64,000 nucleotides of DNA, taken from contig CAVLDN010000002.1 in NCBI GenBank assembly GCA_963661975.1, forward strand, positions 69,674-133,673, in the 5' to 3' direction. Source of the stretch: a bacterium. Its GTDB lineage: Bacteria; Bacillota; Clostridia; Oscillospirales; CAG-382. This document shows positions 46,226 through 56,022 of this stretch, piece after piece. Both the position numbers and the translations under genes were made by a program. Below the pieces are notes generated by a model, which was given only the letters and a program-made list of their open reading frames with translations, was not told where the DNA came from and ran no database searches. Numbering within the stretch: the first letter of the stretch is position 1; each line of letters begins with the position of its first letter.

Positions 46226-47433
46226 ACGAAACGCGAAATGCGCTTACCGTTGAGCAGCTCAATACATATATCCGCGATTATATCGGCAATTCGCCGTTTT
46301 TGCGCGGCGTTTCGGTCAAGGGCGAAATATCCAATCTGAAAACCTATTCAAGCGGGCATATATATTTTACGCTCAAGGATGAACACTCCGCGATTCCCGC
46401 GATAATGTTCGGCGGCATGGAAAAGCTGACCTTCACGCCCGAAAACGGAATGAAGGTCATCTGCACCGGCAGGGTTGCCGTTTTCGTGCGGGACGGGCAA
46501 TACCGTCTTTATGCCGATGCGATGGAGCCGTTCGGCGCGGGTTCGCTCTTTATCGCCTTCGAACAGCTCAAGGCAAAGCTTGCCGCGGAGGGGCTGTTCG
46601 ACCCGGCGCACAAAAAGTCTTTGCCGAAAATGCCCTTTTCGCTCGGAATAATCACCGCTCCCGGCGGCGCGGCGGTGCGGGATATGATAAATGTTTCCCG
46701 CAGGCGTTTCCCCGGCGTGCGGATATACCTTTATCCCTCCCTCGTTCAGGGGCCTTCCGCGCCGGAGCAGCTTATAAGCGCGCTTTCCGCGCTGGACGGC
46801 AGCGGACTTTGCGATGTGATAATTATCGGCCGCGGCGGCGGCAGTACGGAGGACCTCTGGTGCTTCAACGACGAAGCACTTGCACGGGCGGTATACGCCT
46901 GCAAAACGCCGATCATTTCCGCTGTCGGGCACGAGACCGATTTCACGATATGCGATTTTGCCGCCGATCTGCGTGCTCCCACGCCGAGCGCGGCTGCGGA
47001 GCTGGCAATACCCGATATAGCCGAAAAGAAGCGGCAGTTTGCCAATCTTCAGCGCCGTATGAACGGTAAGCTGGAGGCAAAAACGAGCGTGCTTCGCCAA
47101 AGGCTCGCCGTGCTTTCGCAGCGCCCGGTGATGAACAGCCCGCGCGCCTATTTTGACGAACGCCGCATGAACGTTGCGCACAACGAGGAAAAGCTCTGCC
47201 TTGCGGCGGAAAAGGCACTCACACGCAGGCGCAGCGCACTTTCGGCGCGCGGCGAAAAGCTTGCCGGGCTTGATCCGCTTTCGGTATTGCGGCGCGGGTT
47301 TTCCGTTGCGTTCGATTCAAACGGGAAAGCCGTGCGCAGCGTTTCGGAACTGCCGGAGGGAACCTGCTTCCGACTGATGCTTTCGGACGGTACCGTTGCG
47401 GCAGAGGCAAAGAAAACAGAAACAGAAATATAA
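46222..47433 (+). CDS. xseA: exodeoxyribonuclease VII large subunit
   Basis: OB-fold N-terminus (VKGEISNLKTYSSGHIYFTLKD), IIGRGGGSTEDLWCFNDE motif, and a start that overlaps the nusB stop. Confidence 0.9.
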   Translation: MNETRNALTVEQLNTYIRDYIGNSPFLRGVSVKGEISNLKTYSSGHIYFTLKDEHSAIPAIMFGGMEKLTFTPENGMKVICTGRVAVFVRDGQYRLYADAMEPFGAGSLFIAFEQLKAKLAAEGLFDPAHKKSLPKMPFSLGIITAPGGAAVRDMINVSRRRFPGVRIYLYPSLVQGPSAPEQLISALSALDGSGLCDVIIIGRGGGSTEDLWCFNDEALARAVYACKTPIISAVGHETDFTICDFAADLRAPTPSAAAELAIPDIAEKKRQFANLQRRMNGKLEAKTSVLRQRLAVLSQRPVMNSPRAYFDERRMNVAHNEEKLCLAAEKALTRRRSALSARGEKLAGLDPLSVLRRGFSVAFDSNGKAVRSVSELPEGTCFRLMLSDGTVAAEAKKTETEI

Positions 47434-47446
47434 AGAAGGCATTTTT

Positions 47447-48337
47447 ATGGCAAGGATAGTCAGAGCTATCACGCGGGACGGCGAGGCAAGGGCAATCGTC
47501 ATCGATTCGACCGATATCTGCGAGCGTGCGCGTGCAATACATAATACCGCTCCCACGGCAACGGCGGTGCTTGGCAGAACACTCACGGCGGCATCGCTCA
47601 TGGGTTCGCTGCTCGGGGAGGAAACGGACATACTCACATTGCGCTTCAAGGGCAACGGCCCCGGCGGGACGCTTGTCGCAACAAGCGATTGGAAGGGCAA
47701 CGTCCGCGGGTTTATACAGAATCCCGCGTGCGATCTTCCTCTGCGCGAGGACGGAAAGCTGAATGTCGGCGGGTGTGTCGGCAAGGGCGAATTTTATGTC
47801 CTGCGCGATTGCGGGGGAAGCGAACCTTATGTCGGCGTTGCGGAAATACAGAGCGGCGAAATAGGCGAGGATATTGCGTATTATTATGCGACAAGCGAGC
47901 AGGTCCCCACCGTATGTGCGCTCGGCGTGCTTGTGGATACCGACCTCAGCGTGAAATGCGCGGGCGGTGCGCTTGTGCAGCTTTTGCCCTTCGCATCGGA
48001 GGAAACAGCGGCAAAGCTCGAAGAAAATGCCGCGAAAATGCGCCATGTGACGGAAATACTCACCGGCGGCAGTGCGGAGGATATAATTGCCGAAATGCTT
48101 TCGGGGTTCGAATACGATATTTTCGATTCCTTTGAATGCTCATATAAATGCGCGTGCAGCCGCGAAAAGACGGACAGCGCACTCGTTTCGCTCGGCGCGG
48201 CGGAGCTTTCGGATATGATCGCCGAGGGCAAGGAAACCGTTCTTAACTGCGGCTTTTGCGATGCGGTATACAAATACTCCGTCACGGATCTGAAAAACCT
48301 ATTGAAAAAAGCGCAAAAGAAGGAAGAAAACCGATGA
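47447..48337 (+). CDS. hslO: Hsp33-family redox-regulated chaperone
   Basis: RAITRDGEARAIVIDST N-terminus; C-terminal zinc centre CxC...CxxC (YKCACS, NCGFCD). Confidence 0.9.
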   Translation: MARIVRAITRDGEARAIVIDSTDICERARAIHNTAPTATAVLGRTLTAASLMGSLLGEETDILTLRFKGNGPGGTLVATSDWKGNVRGFIQNPACDLPLREDGKLNVGGCVGKGEFYVLRDCGGSEPYVGVAEIQSGEIGEDIAYYYATSEQVPTVCALGVLVDTDLSVKCAGGALVQLLPFASEETAAKLEENAAKMRHVTEILTGGSAEDIIAEMLSGFEYDIFDSFECSYKCACSREKTDSALVSLGAAELSDMIAEGKETVLNCGFCDAVYKYSVTDLKNLLKKAQKKEENR

Positions 48338-49047
48338 GCAGAAAAAAGGTGCTTATCACGGGCGGTGCCCGCGGGATCGGCGAAGCGCTCACACGCGCGT
48401 TCGCGCAGGCGGATTATGCCGTTTATATCCATTGCGGCAAAAGCGTTGCGGAAGCAGAGGCGCTTTGCGCCGAGCTGCCGGAGGCATATTTTCTTTCCGC
48501 CGACCTTGCATTGCCCGAATCGGTCGATGCGGTGGCACGGTTCTGTCCCGATCCGGATGTTCTTATAAACAACGCGGGCGTTTCGCTCACCGGGCTTTTC
48601 GATAAGATAACACCCCTTGCCGCGCGTGAAATGTACGAAATCAACCTTTTCGCCCCGGTAATGCTCACACGGGCGCTGCTCCCTGCGATGCTTTCCCGTT
48701 CCGGCGGGTGCATTATAAACATTTCGTCGGTATTCGGCGAAACGGGCGGGAGCTGCGAGGTGGATTATTCCGCGGCAAAAGCCGGCATTATCGGCTTCAC
48801 AAAGGCACTGGCAAAGGAGGTCGGTCCCGCGGGGGTGCGTGTGAACTGCATCTGCCCGGGCGTGATAGATACCGACATGAACTCCGAGCTTTCATTTGAT
48901 GATGTCGCAGCGCTTTCGGATGATATCCCGCTCATGCGGTTCGGCAGCGCGGAGGAGGTCGCGGGGGCTGCGGTGTTCCTTGCTTCGGAAACGGCTTCCT
49001 ATATTACCGGCGCGGTGATCGATATAAACGGAGGTTGGATGGGATGA
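48334..49047 (+). CDS. SDR-family oxidoreductase (FabG-like)
   Basis: VLITGGARGIG cofactor motif and YSAAK catalytic motif. ATGA overlap with hslO. Confidence 0.85.
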   Translation: MSRKKVLITGGARGIGEALTRAFAQADYAVYIHCGKSVAEAEALCAELPEAYFLSADLALPESVDAVARFCPDPDVLINNAGVSLTGLFDKITPLAAREMYEINLFAPVMLTRALLPAMLSRSGGCIINISSVFGETGGSCEVDYSAAKAGIIGFTKALAKEVGPAGVRVNCICPGVIDTDMNSELSFDDVAALSDDIPLMRFGSAEEVAGAAVFLASETASYITGAVIDINGGWMG

Positions 49048-49514
49048 AGAGAATAGCAAAGTTTTACCGCGTGTCGGAGCACATATACGGCAGAGAGGGA
49101 TACGAAAGCATACGCCTTCCCGAAAGGGCTACGGCGGGTTCCGCCGGATACGATTTTTTTGCGCCGTATGATTTCACGCTCGAAGCAGGCGGGGAAATCG
49201 TCATAAGCACCGGGGTGCGTGTCAGAATGGACGACGATTGGGTGCTTGTGCTGCTTCCGCGCTCCGGACAGGGGTTCAAATACGGCGTTCGCCTTGCGAA
49301 TACCGCCGGGGTGATCGATTCGGATTACTTCAATGCGGAAAACGAAGGGCATATAATGATAAAGCTCATCGGCGGAAGCGCGGATCTGACCGTAAAGCAG
49401 GGAAGCGCCTTTGCTCAGGGGATATTTCTGCCCTACGGAATAACCGAGGATGACAGTGCCGACGGCGAACGCACGGGCGGGTTCGGAAGCACCGATAAGG
49501 AGGAAAAGCAATGA
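49044..49514 (+). CDS. dut: dUTP diphosphatase
   Basis: AGSAGYDFFAP and GGFGSTD motifs. Confidence 0.85.
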   Translation: MKRIAKFYRVSEHIYGREGYESIRLPERATAGSAGYDFFAPYDFTLEAGGEIVISTGVRVRMDDDWVLVLLPRSGQGFKYGVRLANTAGVIDSDYFNAENEGHIMIKLIGGSADLTVKQGSAFAQGIFLPYGITEDDSADGERTGGFGSTDKEEKQ

Positions 49515-49810
49515 TAACCACAAAGCAACGCGCATTTCTGCGCTCTGCGGCAAACAGTATAGAGCCGACGGTCCAGATCGGCAAGGCGGGTGTGACGGAT
49601 ACCGTGCTCACCACCGTTTCAAACGCGCTCGATGCACATGAGATTATAAAGCTAACCGTGCTCGAAGCCTGCCCCGAAAGCGCAAAGGATGTTATGCAGG
49701 CGCTCTGCAATGCGCTCGGGTGCGAACCGGTACAGGTCATCGGCAGGCGCGTGGTGATATACCGCCGCGCTCCCAAGCCCGAAAACCGCCGTATCGTACT
49801 TCCGCGGTAA
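49511..49810 (+). CDS. yhbY: YhbY-like CRM-domain RNA-binding protein
   Basis: TTKQRAFLRSAANSIEPTVQIGKAGVTD is typical of YhbY. Confidence 0.85.
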   Translation: MITTKQRAFLRSAANSIEPTVQIGKAGVTDTVLTTVSNALDAHEIIKLTVLEACPESAKDVMQALCNALGCEPVQVIGRRVVIYRRAPKPENRRIVLPR

Positions 49811-49831
49811 ATGCTTCAAAGCGAAAAAAGA

Positions 49832-49868
49832 AGCCGGAAGCCCGTTTGGGCTCCCGGCTTTGCTTTTG
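49832..49868. terminator. intrinsic terminator between yhbY and secG
   Basis: agccggaagccc / gggctcccggct hairpin followed by a T-rich run. Confidence 0.6.
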
Positions 49869-49882
49869 CAAAAATGCCGTGA

Positions 49883-50212
49883 TTATTCGGCGCTTGTGTC
49901 CTCGGTAACGGAGGCTTCGACTGCGGCAGAGGATTCGCTCGTGCCGGTGCCGATGCCGTTGGAATGAACGATGTAAAGAGCAAGAACGAGAACGACGAAG
50001 ACGATGGAAAGGATAAGAGTCCACTTCTGATGCTTCTTTTCGTTCGTGGCGATCTTGTTTTTGGTAAGGTAGGATTCGGATGCGCCGGTACCCGCAATGG
50101 AATTGCCGAGGCCGCGGCGTTTGCTCTGTTGAATACTGATAAGAACTATGATGGCGACTGCGAGTACGAGAAGAATTGCGCCGAGGATGTATTCGAGAAC
50201 GGTAGGTGTCAT
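49883..50212 (-). CDS. secG: preprotein translocase subunit SecG
   Basis: Two TM helices and a central QQSKRRGLGNSIAG motif. Confidence 0.8.
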   Translation of the reverse strand: MTPTVLEYILGAILLVLAVAIIVLISIQQSKRRGLGNSIAGTGASESYLTKNKIATNEKKHQKWTLILSIVFVVLVLALYIVHSNGIGTGTSESSAAVEASVTEDTSAE

Positions 50213-50344
50213 GATAAATAATTCCTTTCAATTACTGATGCCCGAAATTCAGGCACCGACAGCTAAATATAATAATAACACAAACAAGGTGCAAATGCAA
50301 TACTAAACGCAAATTTTAACATTTGTTCACATTTGCCGACGGCG

Positions 50345-51868
50345 TCAGAATTCCTTCGTGTCGCCGTTCGGGTCCTTTTTGGGTGCGGGCTTGAGCTTTT
50401 TCCGCTCGTTTTCCTTTTTCTTTTTCGTGCCGGTACCCTTCTTTCCGCTCAGACGGCGGTAGGCGCGCAGTACTGCCGTGACCACAAGGAACAGGAAATA
50501 AGCGACGATTATTGCGATAAGAACCTTGATTATGACCGACATTGTGCTGGAAAACAGTATTTCACGCATGGTATCGAGCGCGTTTTTCGCCGTGTCGGAT
50601 TCGACGGCGGATTTCGTGACAAGCGCAACTTCCGCGATCACATTTCCGCCATGGGAATATATCGCCTTTCCGACAGGCGCGCCCTTTTCCACCGGGGCTT
50701 TGAGCGAATAGGTGACATTTCCGTCGGTTTCCGTGCGAATAACCTTTGATTCGTCAAAGATCACCTCGACGGACTTTTCGATATTGCCGTCCGGGAGCAG
50801 CCTTTCGATATTTTCGCTCGGAACGACAAGCACATGATCCTCCTTGCCGCTTGTGACCTTGAGTTCGGCAACGGCATCGTTAACCGTTGCCACGGTGCAA
50901 AGCGTGAGCGAATTGCGGGTCCAGTCCATAAGCTCGTTTATATCGGTATAGGCATTGCCGTCGCCGAACGAATAGCTGAACTTGCCCTCGTTTTCGGTGA
51001 CGATCATCCCGCTTGCACACATCACGACGAATATATATGTTCTGCCGTCCTTCTGAGAGGCGGTCAGAAGACAGTAATTGCCGCTTTTATCGAGCTGACC
51101 TGCGATAAGCCCTATCGCATTGCGGTTGAGGAACCCCGGAACATAGTAATTGCATTTGAGATAGTTTTTGTTGCGGACGGTCGTATTGCCGTTCATCAGA
51201 AAGGCTTCCGTATCCGAAAGCGCAACGAGATAATCGTATTTGTAAAACGCCGCGGCTATCAATGCGACCTCACGCGGGGTGGAATACTGCATGGGCGAAT
51301 CAAGCCCCGTGGGGTTGACGAACTTCGTTGCGGTAAGCCCGAGCGCGGCGGCTTTTTCATTCATCCTGCCGACAAATGCGCTTATCCCGCCGCCGGAAAG
51401 GCATTTGTCGCCGAGTTCGGATGCGAGCGCGCATACGGCATCGTTCGCGCAGCCGACAAGCGCGGCGGAGAACATATCCCTTGCATTGTATACCGCACCC
51501 GCCTTGAAGCCCATGACGGGAACGCGAATATCGAAGATATTGCCGGCGTTGTCTATCGCCGCGGATGTGACGGTTATGTCCGTTGTCGCAGGGTCCAGGC
51601 CGTGTTCGGCAAGCATATCGTATGCGACCATGCATGCCATGAGCTTCGCGGCGACGGTCGGCGCGACCTTTTCATCGGCGCGGGCGGTGTAAATGAATTG
51701 CCCGTCATCAATGCAATAGGCGATGACGGCATTGCCCGAAACGATATTCGGGGCGAGCTTTACCGGCGCGGAGAATTCGTCCGCCGGATCGGCAGATGCA
51801 GCCGGGACGCAGAATGAAAATAATATGATCAGAGCCGCAAGAAATACGGCGCTTTTTTTTGCCTTCAA
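50345..51868 (-). CDS. D-alanyl-D-alanine carboxypeptidase (S11 family) with C-terminal TM and a Lys-rich tail
   Basis: Signal peptide, PBP5-like body, C-terminal TM IIKVLIAIIVAYFLFLVV. TTG start overlaps the ribF stop. Confidence 0.8.
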   Translation of the reverse strand: MKAKKSAVFLAALIILFSFCVPAASADPADEFSAPVKLAPNIVSGNAVIAYCIDDGQFIYTARADEKVAPTVAAKLMACMVAYDMLAEHGLDPATTDITVTSAAIDNAGNIFDIRVPVMGFKAGAVYNARDMFSAALVGCANDAVCALASELGDKCLSGGGISAFVGRMNEKAAALGLTATKFVNPTGLDSPMQYSTPREVALIAAAFYKYDYLVALSDTEAFLMNGNTTVRNKNYLKCNYYVPGFLNRNAIGLIAGQLDKSGNYCLLTASQKDGRTYIFVVMCASGMIVTENEGKFSYSFGDGNAYTDINELMDWTRNSLTLCTVATVNDAVAELKVTSGKEDHVLVVPSENIERLLPDGNIEKSVEVIFDESKVIRTETDGNVTYSLKAPVEKGAPVGKAIYSHGGNVIAEVALVTKSAVESDTAKNALDTMREILFSSTMSVIIKVLIAIIVAYFLFLVVTAVLRAYRRLSGKKGTGTKKKKENERKKLKPAPKKDPNGDTKEF

Positions 51869-52818
51869 ACAGTGGAGCCTCCCTCCGAAAGAAATGATTT
51901 CGCGCAGATTTTATCCGCTTCGATCTGATTCACAAGTGAGCGGGTATCCTCGAAAAGCCGCTCCTCACGGATAAATCCGCAAAGCGATATTTCCGCGGAA
52001 CAGTCGTAAACATCCTCCGAAAAGTCGAAAATGAAGGTTTCGCTCACGGGGGCGGAATCGCGGTCGAATGTCGGGCGGATGCCGATATTTGTCACGCTGT
52101 CGTAAAGCCTTCCGTTTATTTCCGTGACGGACACATATACCCCGTAGCGCGGAACCGTGAGGCCTTCGGGGAAGGGTATGTTTATTGTCGGAAAACCGAG
52201 CCTGTGCCCCATGCCCTTTCCGTGGATGACAGTCCCGGAGAAGGAATAGCGGCGCCCGAGCATAGCGTTCGCGGTGCGGATATCACCCGAATGTATGCGT
52301 TCGCGGATTTCGGAGGAACTGACGGGTATCCCGCAATAGGTATATGCCGGCGTCACAAAACATTCCGCTCCGCCCTCTGCAAGAACCTCGGAAAGAAGTG
52401 CGTTGTCGCCGCTGCCGCGGTATCCGAACCGGAAGTTGTAGCCGCCGATCGCAAGCCGCACATTGAATATGCCGAGAAGTATATCCCGCACAAAATCACG
52501 TGCGGGCATATTTCTTACCGCGCCGAAGGGTATCTCCGCCAGGCGGTTTATCCCGCATGCGGCAAGCAGCCGGCGGTTCAGGCTGTGCGATGCAAGCAGC
52601 TTTGCGCTTTGCTTGGGGCGGTCATCGGGGGAAAAAGTGAATATGACGGCGGGAAGTTTTTTCTCGCCCGCGCGGACACAAAGCTCGCCTATCAGCGCAC
52701 GGTGACCGAGGTGGACACCGTCGAAGCAGCCGACAGCAGCCGCACACCCGCGGGAATAATCCGCCTTTTCGCCTATATCCGTTATATTGAATTGTCCGAT
52801 GATATCTTTTATTTCCAT
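51865..52818 (-). CDS. ribF: bifunctional riboflavin kinase / FMN adenylyltransferase
   Basis: GCFDGVHLGHRALI nucleotidyltransferase motif, and GFPTINI plus the riboflavin kinase C-terminus. ORF 51865..53022 trimmed to ATG 52818. Confidence 0.85.
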   Translation of the reverse strand: MEIKDIIGQFNITDIGEKADYSRGCAAAVGCFDGVHLGHRALIGELCVRAGEKKLPAVIFTFSPDDRPKQSAKLLASHSLNRRLLAACGINRLAEIPFGAVRNMPARDFVRDILLGIFNVRLAIGGYNFRFGYRGSGDNALLSEVLAEGGAECFVTPAYTYCGIPVSSSEIRERIHSGDIRTANAMLGRRYSFSGTVIHGKGMGHRLGFPTINIPFPEGLTVPRYGVYVSVTEINGRLYDSVTNIGIRPTFDRDSAPVSETFIFDFSEDVYDCSAEISLCGFIREERLFEDTRSLVNQIEADKICAKSFLSEGGSTV

Positions 52819-53074
52819 AACAAGGATATAATACCCGTAAAAACCCGTTTTGTCAATCGCAAGAGCGCATATTTCGCAAATTACATATCCGGCAGGCGCG
52901 TCCGAAAGAGCATCCTCCGCATCCGTGCGTGTGCCGAGATTTACAAGGCGGAGCATATTGCCGTAACGTTCCGGCACGGATCCTGCTCTTTCCGGCGCGG
53001 TATTTTTACTCGATTTCCTCACTCACTTTCACCTATAAAACGCAAAAGCACCGCGATCGGCCAATTCCGAAAAA

Positions 53075-53110
53075 ACAAAAAATGCCGAAAGCATTGCGCT
53101 TTCGGCATTT
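53075..53110 (-). terminator. intrinsic terminator
   Basis: atgccgaaagc (53081-53091) / gctttcggcat (53097-53107), with a U-run on the minus strand. Confidence 0.7.
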
Positions 53111-53116
53111 ATGCTT

Positions 53117-53854
53117 TTATTCACCCAATGTGACGGTTATAACGGGGCGCACTCCGAGATTGTCGGTATCCACGGCGAAGCCGTCGCAGATCCTGCCGTC
53201 AAAGCCGACGTACTTTGCAAATGATGTTCTGCTTCCCGTGTCGCTCAGCCAGTACCAGCACTTATCGTTCTGAACGCGTGCCCCGGAGGATACGGCGTGT
53301 TCGGTCGCGTCGGCGGCGCGCCATGCATCGTATTCGAAATACTTCTGCGCACCCGCTTCATCAAGAACAGTAACAATCGCGCCGCTTTCGGATGAGGTGA
53401 TCAGCTTTTTGTCCTCCTGCGAGAAGGCGCTTTCCGCAAATTCGCCGTTCAGCCAGGCGTAAAGCGTGCTTTCCTCCCAGGAAATATCGGTGCGTGTATC
53501 GTTATATGCGCGGCACTCTATGCAATTTGTCGTGATGAGAGTGAGGCTGCCGCCGTTCTTTTCAAGCACGGTCCACTGTATCTTTTCGCCGCCGTAGGTC
53601 CCGAACCGGATATAATCGCCGACGGCGATATCCTCGTAGATGTTCTTTTCGGCGCCGGATACTTTGTCCGGCGCGGCGGAACTTTCATCCTCAAAACGGC
53701 TTGTGTCAAGGCTTTTTTCGCCATCTTCGTCTGCCTGCCGCGGCGAGAAGAGAAACAGCGCAAACGCGGCTATGACAACTGCGGTGATGATTATTATCGC
53801 CGCCGCAGCTGCGGGCGTGATCCTCTTTTCGGCTTTCTTTTTTACATCCTGCAT
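53117..53854 (-). CDS. membrane-anchored protein with a DUF6273-like extracytoplasmic domain
   Basis: N-terminal TM (AAAAIIIITAVVIAAFALFLF). GEKIQWTVL..., ESTLYAWLNGEF and CWYWLSD motifs recalled from that family. Confidence 0.6.
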   Translation of the reverse strand: MQDVKKKAEKRITPAAAAAIIIITAVVIAAFALFLFSPRQADEDGEKSLDTSRFEDESSAAPDKVSGAEKNIYEDIAVGDYIRFGTYGGEKIQWTVLEKNGGSLTLITTNCIECRAYNDTRTDISWEESTLYAWLNGEFAESAFSQEDKKLITSSESGAIVTVLDEAGAQKYFEYDAWRAADATEHAVSSGARVQNDKCWYWLSDTGSRTSFAKYVGFDGRICDGFAVDTDNLGVRPVITVTLGE

Positions 53855-53855
53855 T

Positions 53856-54932
53856 TTATTTTTCCGCCTCCGTTATCGGTTTTCCGGCATCGCCTCTCTG
53901 CACATTGCGGCCCCAACCCATATTGCGGCGTATCTCCTTTGAAAGTTCCTCCGCAACGCGGATGCTTGCACGCACGCCGGGGTGACCGTTCGCACCGGTT
54001 TCGCCCTTGCGGGTGCTTATGCTTTCGGTGATCAGGCAGTGAACCCTGCTGTCGGTTTCGCGGCGGATGCGTATGATTTCGCGCAGCGTATCGGTATAAT
54101 AGGTGTTCATCATTCCGTAAAGCCAGAATATTTCGGCTTCCGGGTATCTTCTGCGTATACCGTCGAGCAGTGCGTTTGCGGCTTCGGTAAATTCTGCCGT
54201 GTCGGCGGGGCCTCCGCAATCGTTCGTGCCCGCATTGATCACGACAACATCGGGGATCCAGCCGTCGTTGCAGATGCCGCCCTTCCGCGTGAGGTATTCG
54301 TAAAATTGAGTGACCTTGACATCGGATCTGTCACCCAGACAGTTGCACACGATACCCTTGCCGGAAACCGCGATAAGCCGCGATTCCGCATCGAGAAGCT
54401 TTGCCGTAAGCGAGGCGTATGACAAGGAGCTGTCCTGCTGCCAGGTGAGATATCCGGGATCGCTTTCCGAACCGAGAACTCCGTAGCCGCAGGTGATGGA
54501 ATCGCCGATAAATTCGAGTTTCCGCTTTCTGCCGCCCACGAGCCGCCGCAGCGAGGGATCTTTGCCGTAAAGCGTGAGCGTATCGAACAGAAGCGGCGAT
54601 TCGCTTTCGGTAATCTTGAATACCGAAACGCGGTGGCGCCCGTCGCACATATTCTCTGTAATGACGCGTTCCCTGCCGTTTGCAACGGCAAAACGCCGTT
54701 CGTCTTTTCCGTCAATGACGACTTTTATATAGGCGGGAGCATCGGCGTTGAAGCTGCCGAAGGAAATATTGAATCCCGTACCGTTGAAAATAAACGAAAA
54801 TCCGCTGCCGCACCAATCAAGCGCAAGCATTCCGTCCTCCGTGACGGTGTGCCGTCCGATGATCCGGATAAGGTCGGAGCCGGCGATTTTTACGGCAAGA
54901 GCCGAACTCGGCGTATAGCGCATTTTTAACAT
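53856..54932 (-). CDS. SGNH/GDSL hydrolase, carbohydrate esterase family 2-like
   Basis: N-terminal beta-sandwich, then GDSITCGYG (block I), VVINAGTND and NGHPG motifs. Confidence 0.8.
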   Translation of the reverse strand: MLKMRYTPSSALAVKIAGSDLIRIIGRHTVTEDGMLALDWCGSGFSFIFNGTGFNISFGSFNADAPAYIKVVIDGKDERRFAVANGRERVITENMCDGRHRVSVFKITESESPLLFDTLTLYGKDPSLRRLVGGRKRKLEFIGDSITCGYGVLGSESDPGYLTWQQDSSLSYASLTAKLLDAESRLIAVSGKGIVCNCLGDRSDVKVTQFYEYLTRKGGICNDGWIPDVVVINAGTNDCGGPADTAEFTEAANALLDGIRRRYPEAEIFWLYGMMNTYYTDTLREIIRIRRETDSRVHCLITESISTRKGETGANGHPGVRASIRVAEELSKEIRRNMGWGRNVQRGDAGKPITEAEK

Positions 54933-55231
54933 CCTCCGTTTTGATGAATAACCATGATTATGATAATATTTTTTTGCCGCAAAGTCAAGCGGTTTGATGC
55001 CTTAAAGCCTTGTGAATTTCGCATACCGCCGCCGGTGCTGCGGAAAGTCCCGGGCGGATTTCCCACAGCACCCGCGATGCTCCCCGCACCGACGGTGCCG
55101 GTGTCGGTGTTCCCCGTATTATGTTGCGGATAAATAAAATAATGCCGATCGCGCTTCGAAATGTACTTGATATTGCCGCGAAACGGTGGTATCATATACA
55201 AGTAAAAATGTATAAAGGTATGGGCAGTACT

Positions 55232-55990
55232 ATGAAAACAGTTATAATAACGGGTGCTTCCTCCGGGCTCGGGCGTGAATTTTTCCGCGCGGCGGTGAAA
55301 AGGTTTCCGGATGCGGAATTCTGGCTGATCGCACGGCGTGAAGACAAGCTGCGCGAAACTGCGGCTATCGCACCCGATGTGAGGACACGCATAATATCCG
55401 CCGATATCGCTTCGGATGAAGGGCTCGGCACCATATCTGCGCTGCTCGTATCCGAAAAGCCGGATATAAAGCTGCTTGTGAACAACGCGGGCTTCGGGAG
55501 GCTCGGCAATGTCGGCGATATCGACCCGATCGTTCAGCGCGATATGGCAACTCTCAACTGCGGCGCGCTTGCGGCGATTTCCGCAATGGCTGTCGGCTGT
55601 ATGAGTGCGGGTTCCTGCATTGTCAATGTCGCTTCCATTGCCGCATTTGTGCCGACACCGCGCATGACGGATTATTGCTCCACCAAGGCGTTCGTGCTTT
55701 CCTTTTCAAAAGCCATGCGTGAGGAATACCGTGCAAAGGGCATAAATGTACTTGCCGTGTGCCCCGGCCCGATGACAACCGAATTTTTGGGCGTCGCGGG
55801 GATAACCACCGAAAACTCAAAGACCTTTGCCACGCTGCCTTACTGCAATGCCGCCTTCGTGGCGGAAAAGGCGGTTGCCGCCGCACTGCGCGGGCGTGCC
55901 GTATACACAAACAGATTCATATATAAATTTTACCGTGTGCTTTCACGCATCGTACCGCACGGATTATTTATGAAATTCACCAAATGCTGA
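55232..55990 (+). CDS. SDR-family oxidoreductase
   Basis: VIITGASSGLGREF cofactor motif and YCSTKA catalytic motif. TTGATA-17-TATCAT promoter at 55167-55195. Confidence 0.85.
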   Translation: MKTVIITGASSGLGREFFRAAVKRFPDAEFWLIARREDKLRETAAIAPDVRTRIISADIASDEGLGTISALLVSEKPDIKLLVNNAGFGRLGNVGDIDPIVQRDMATLNCGALAAISAMAVGCMSAGSCIVNVASIAAFVPTPRMTDYCSTKAFVLSFSKAMREEYRAKGINVLAVCPGPMTTEFLGVAGITTENSKTFATLPYCNAAFVAEKAVAAALRGRAVYTNRFIYKFYRVLSRIVPHGLFMKFTKC

Positions 55991-56022
55991 GTATTTGACG
56001 AACGGAAGAGAGGTGCCTGTAA

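Noticed and set aside
52819-53022. 68-aa N-terminal extension of the ribF ORF (start at 53022).
   Set aside because: The extension has no similarity to RibF N-termini. ATG 52818 gives a normal ~318-aa RibF beginning just before the GCFDGVHLGH motif.
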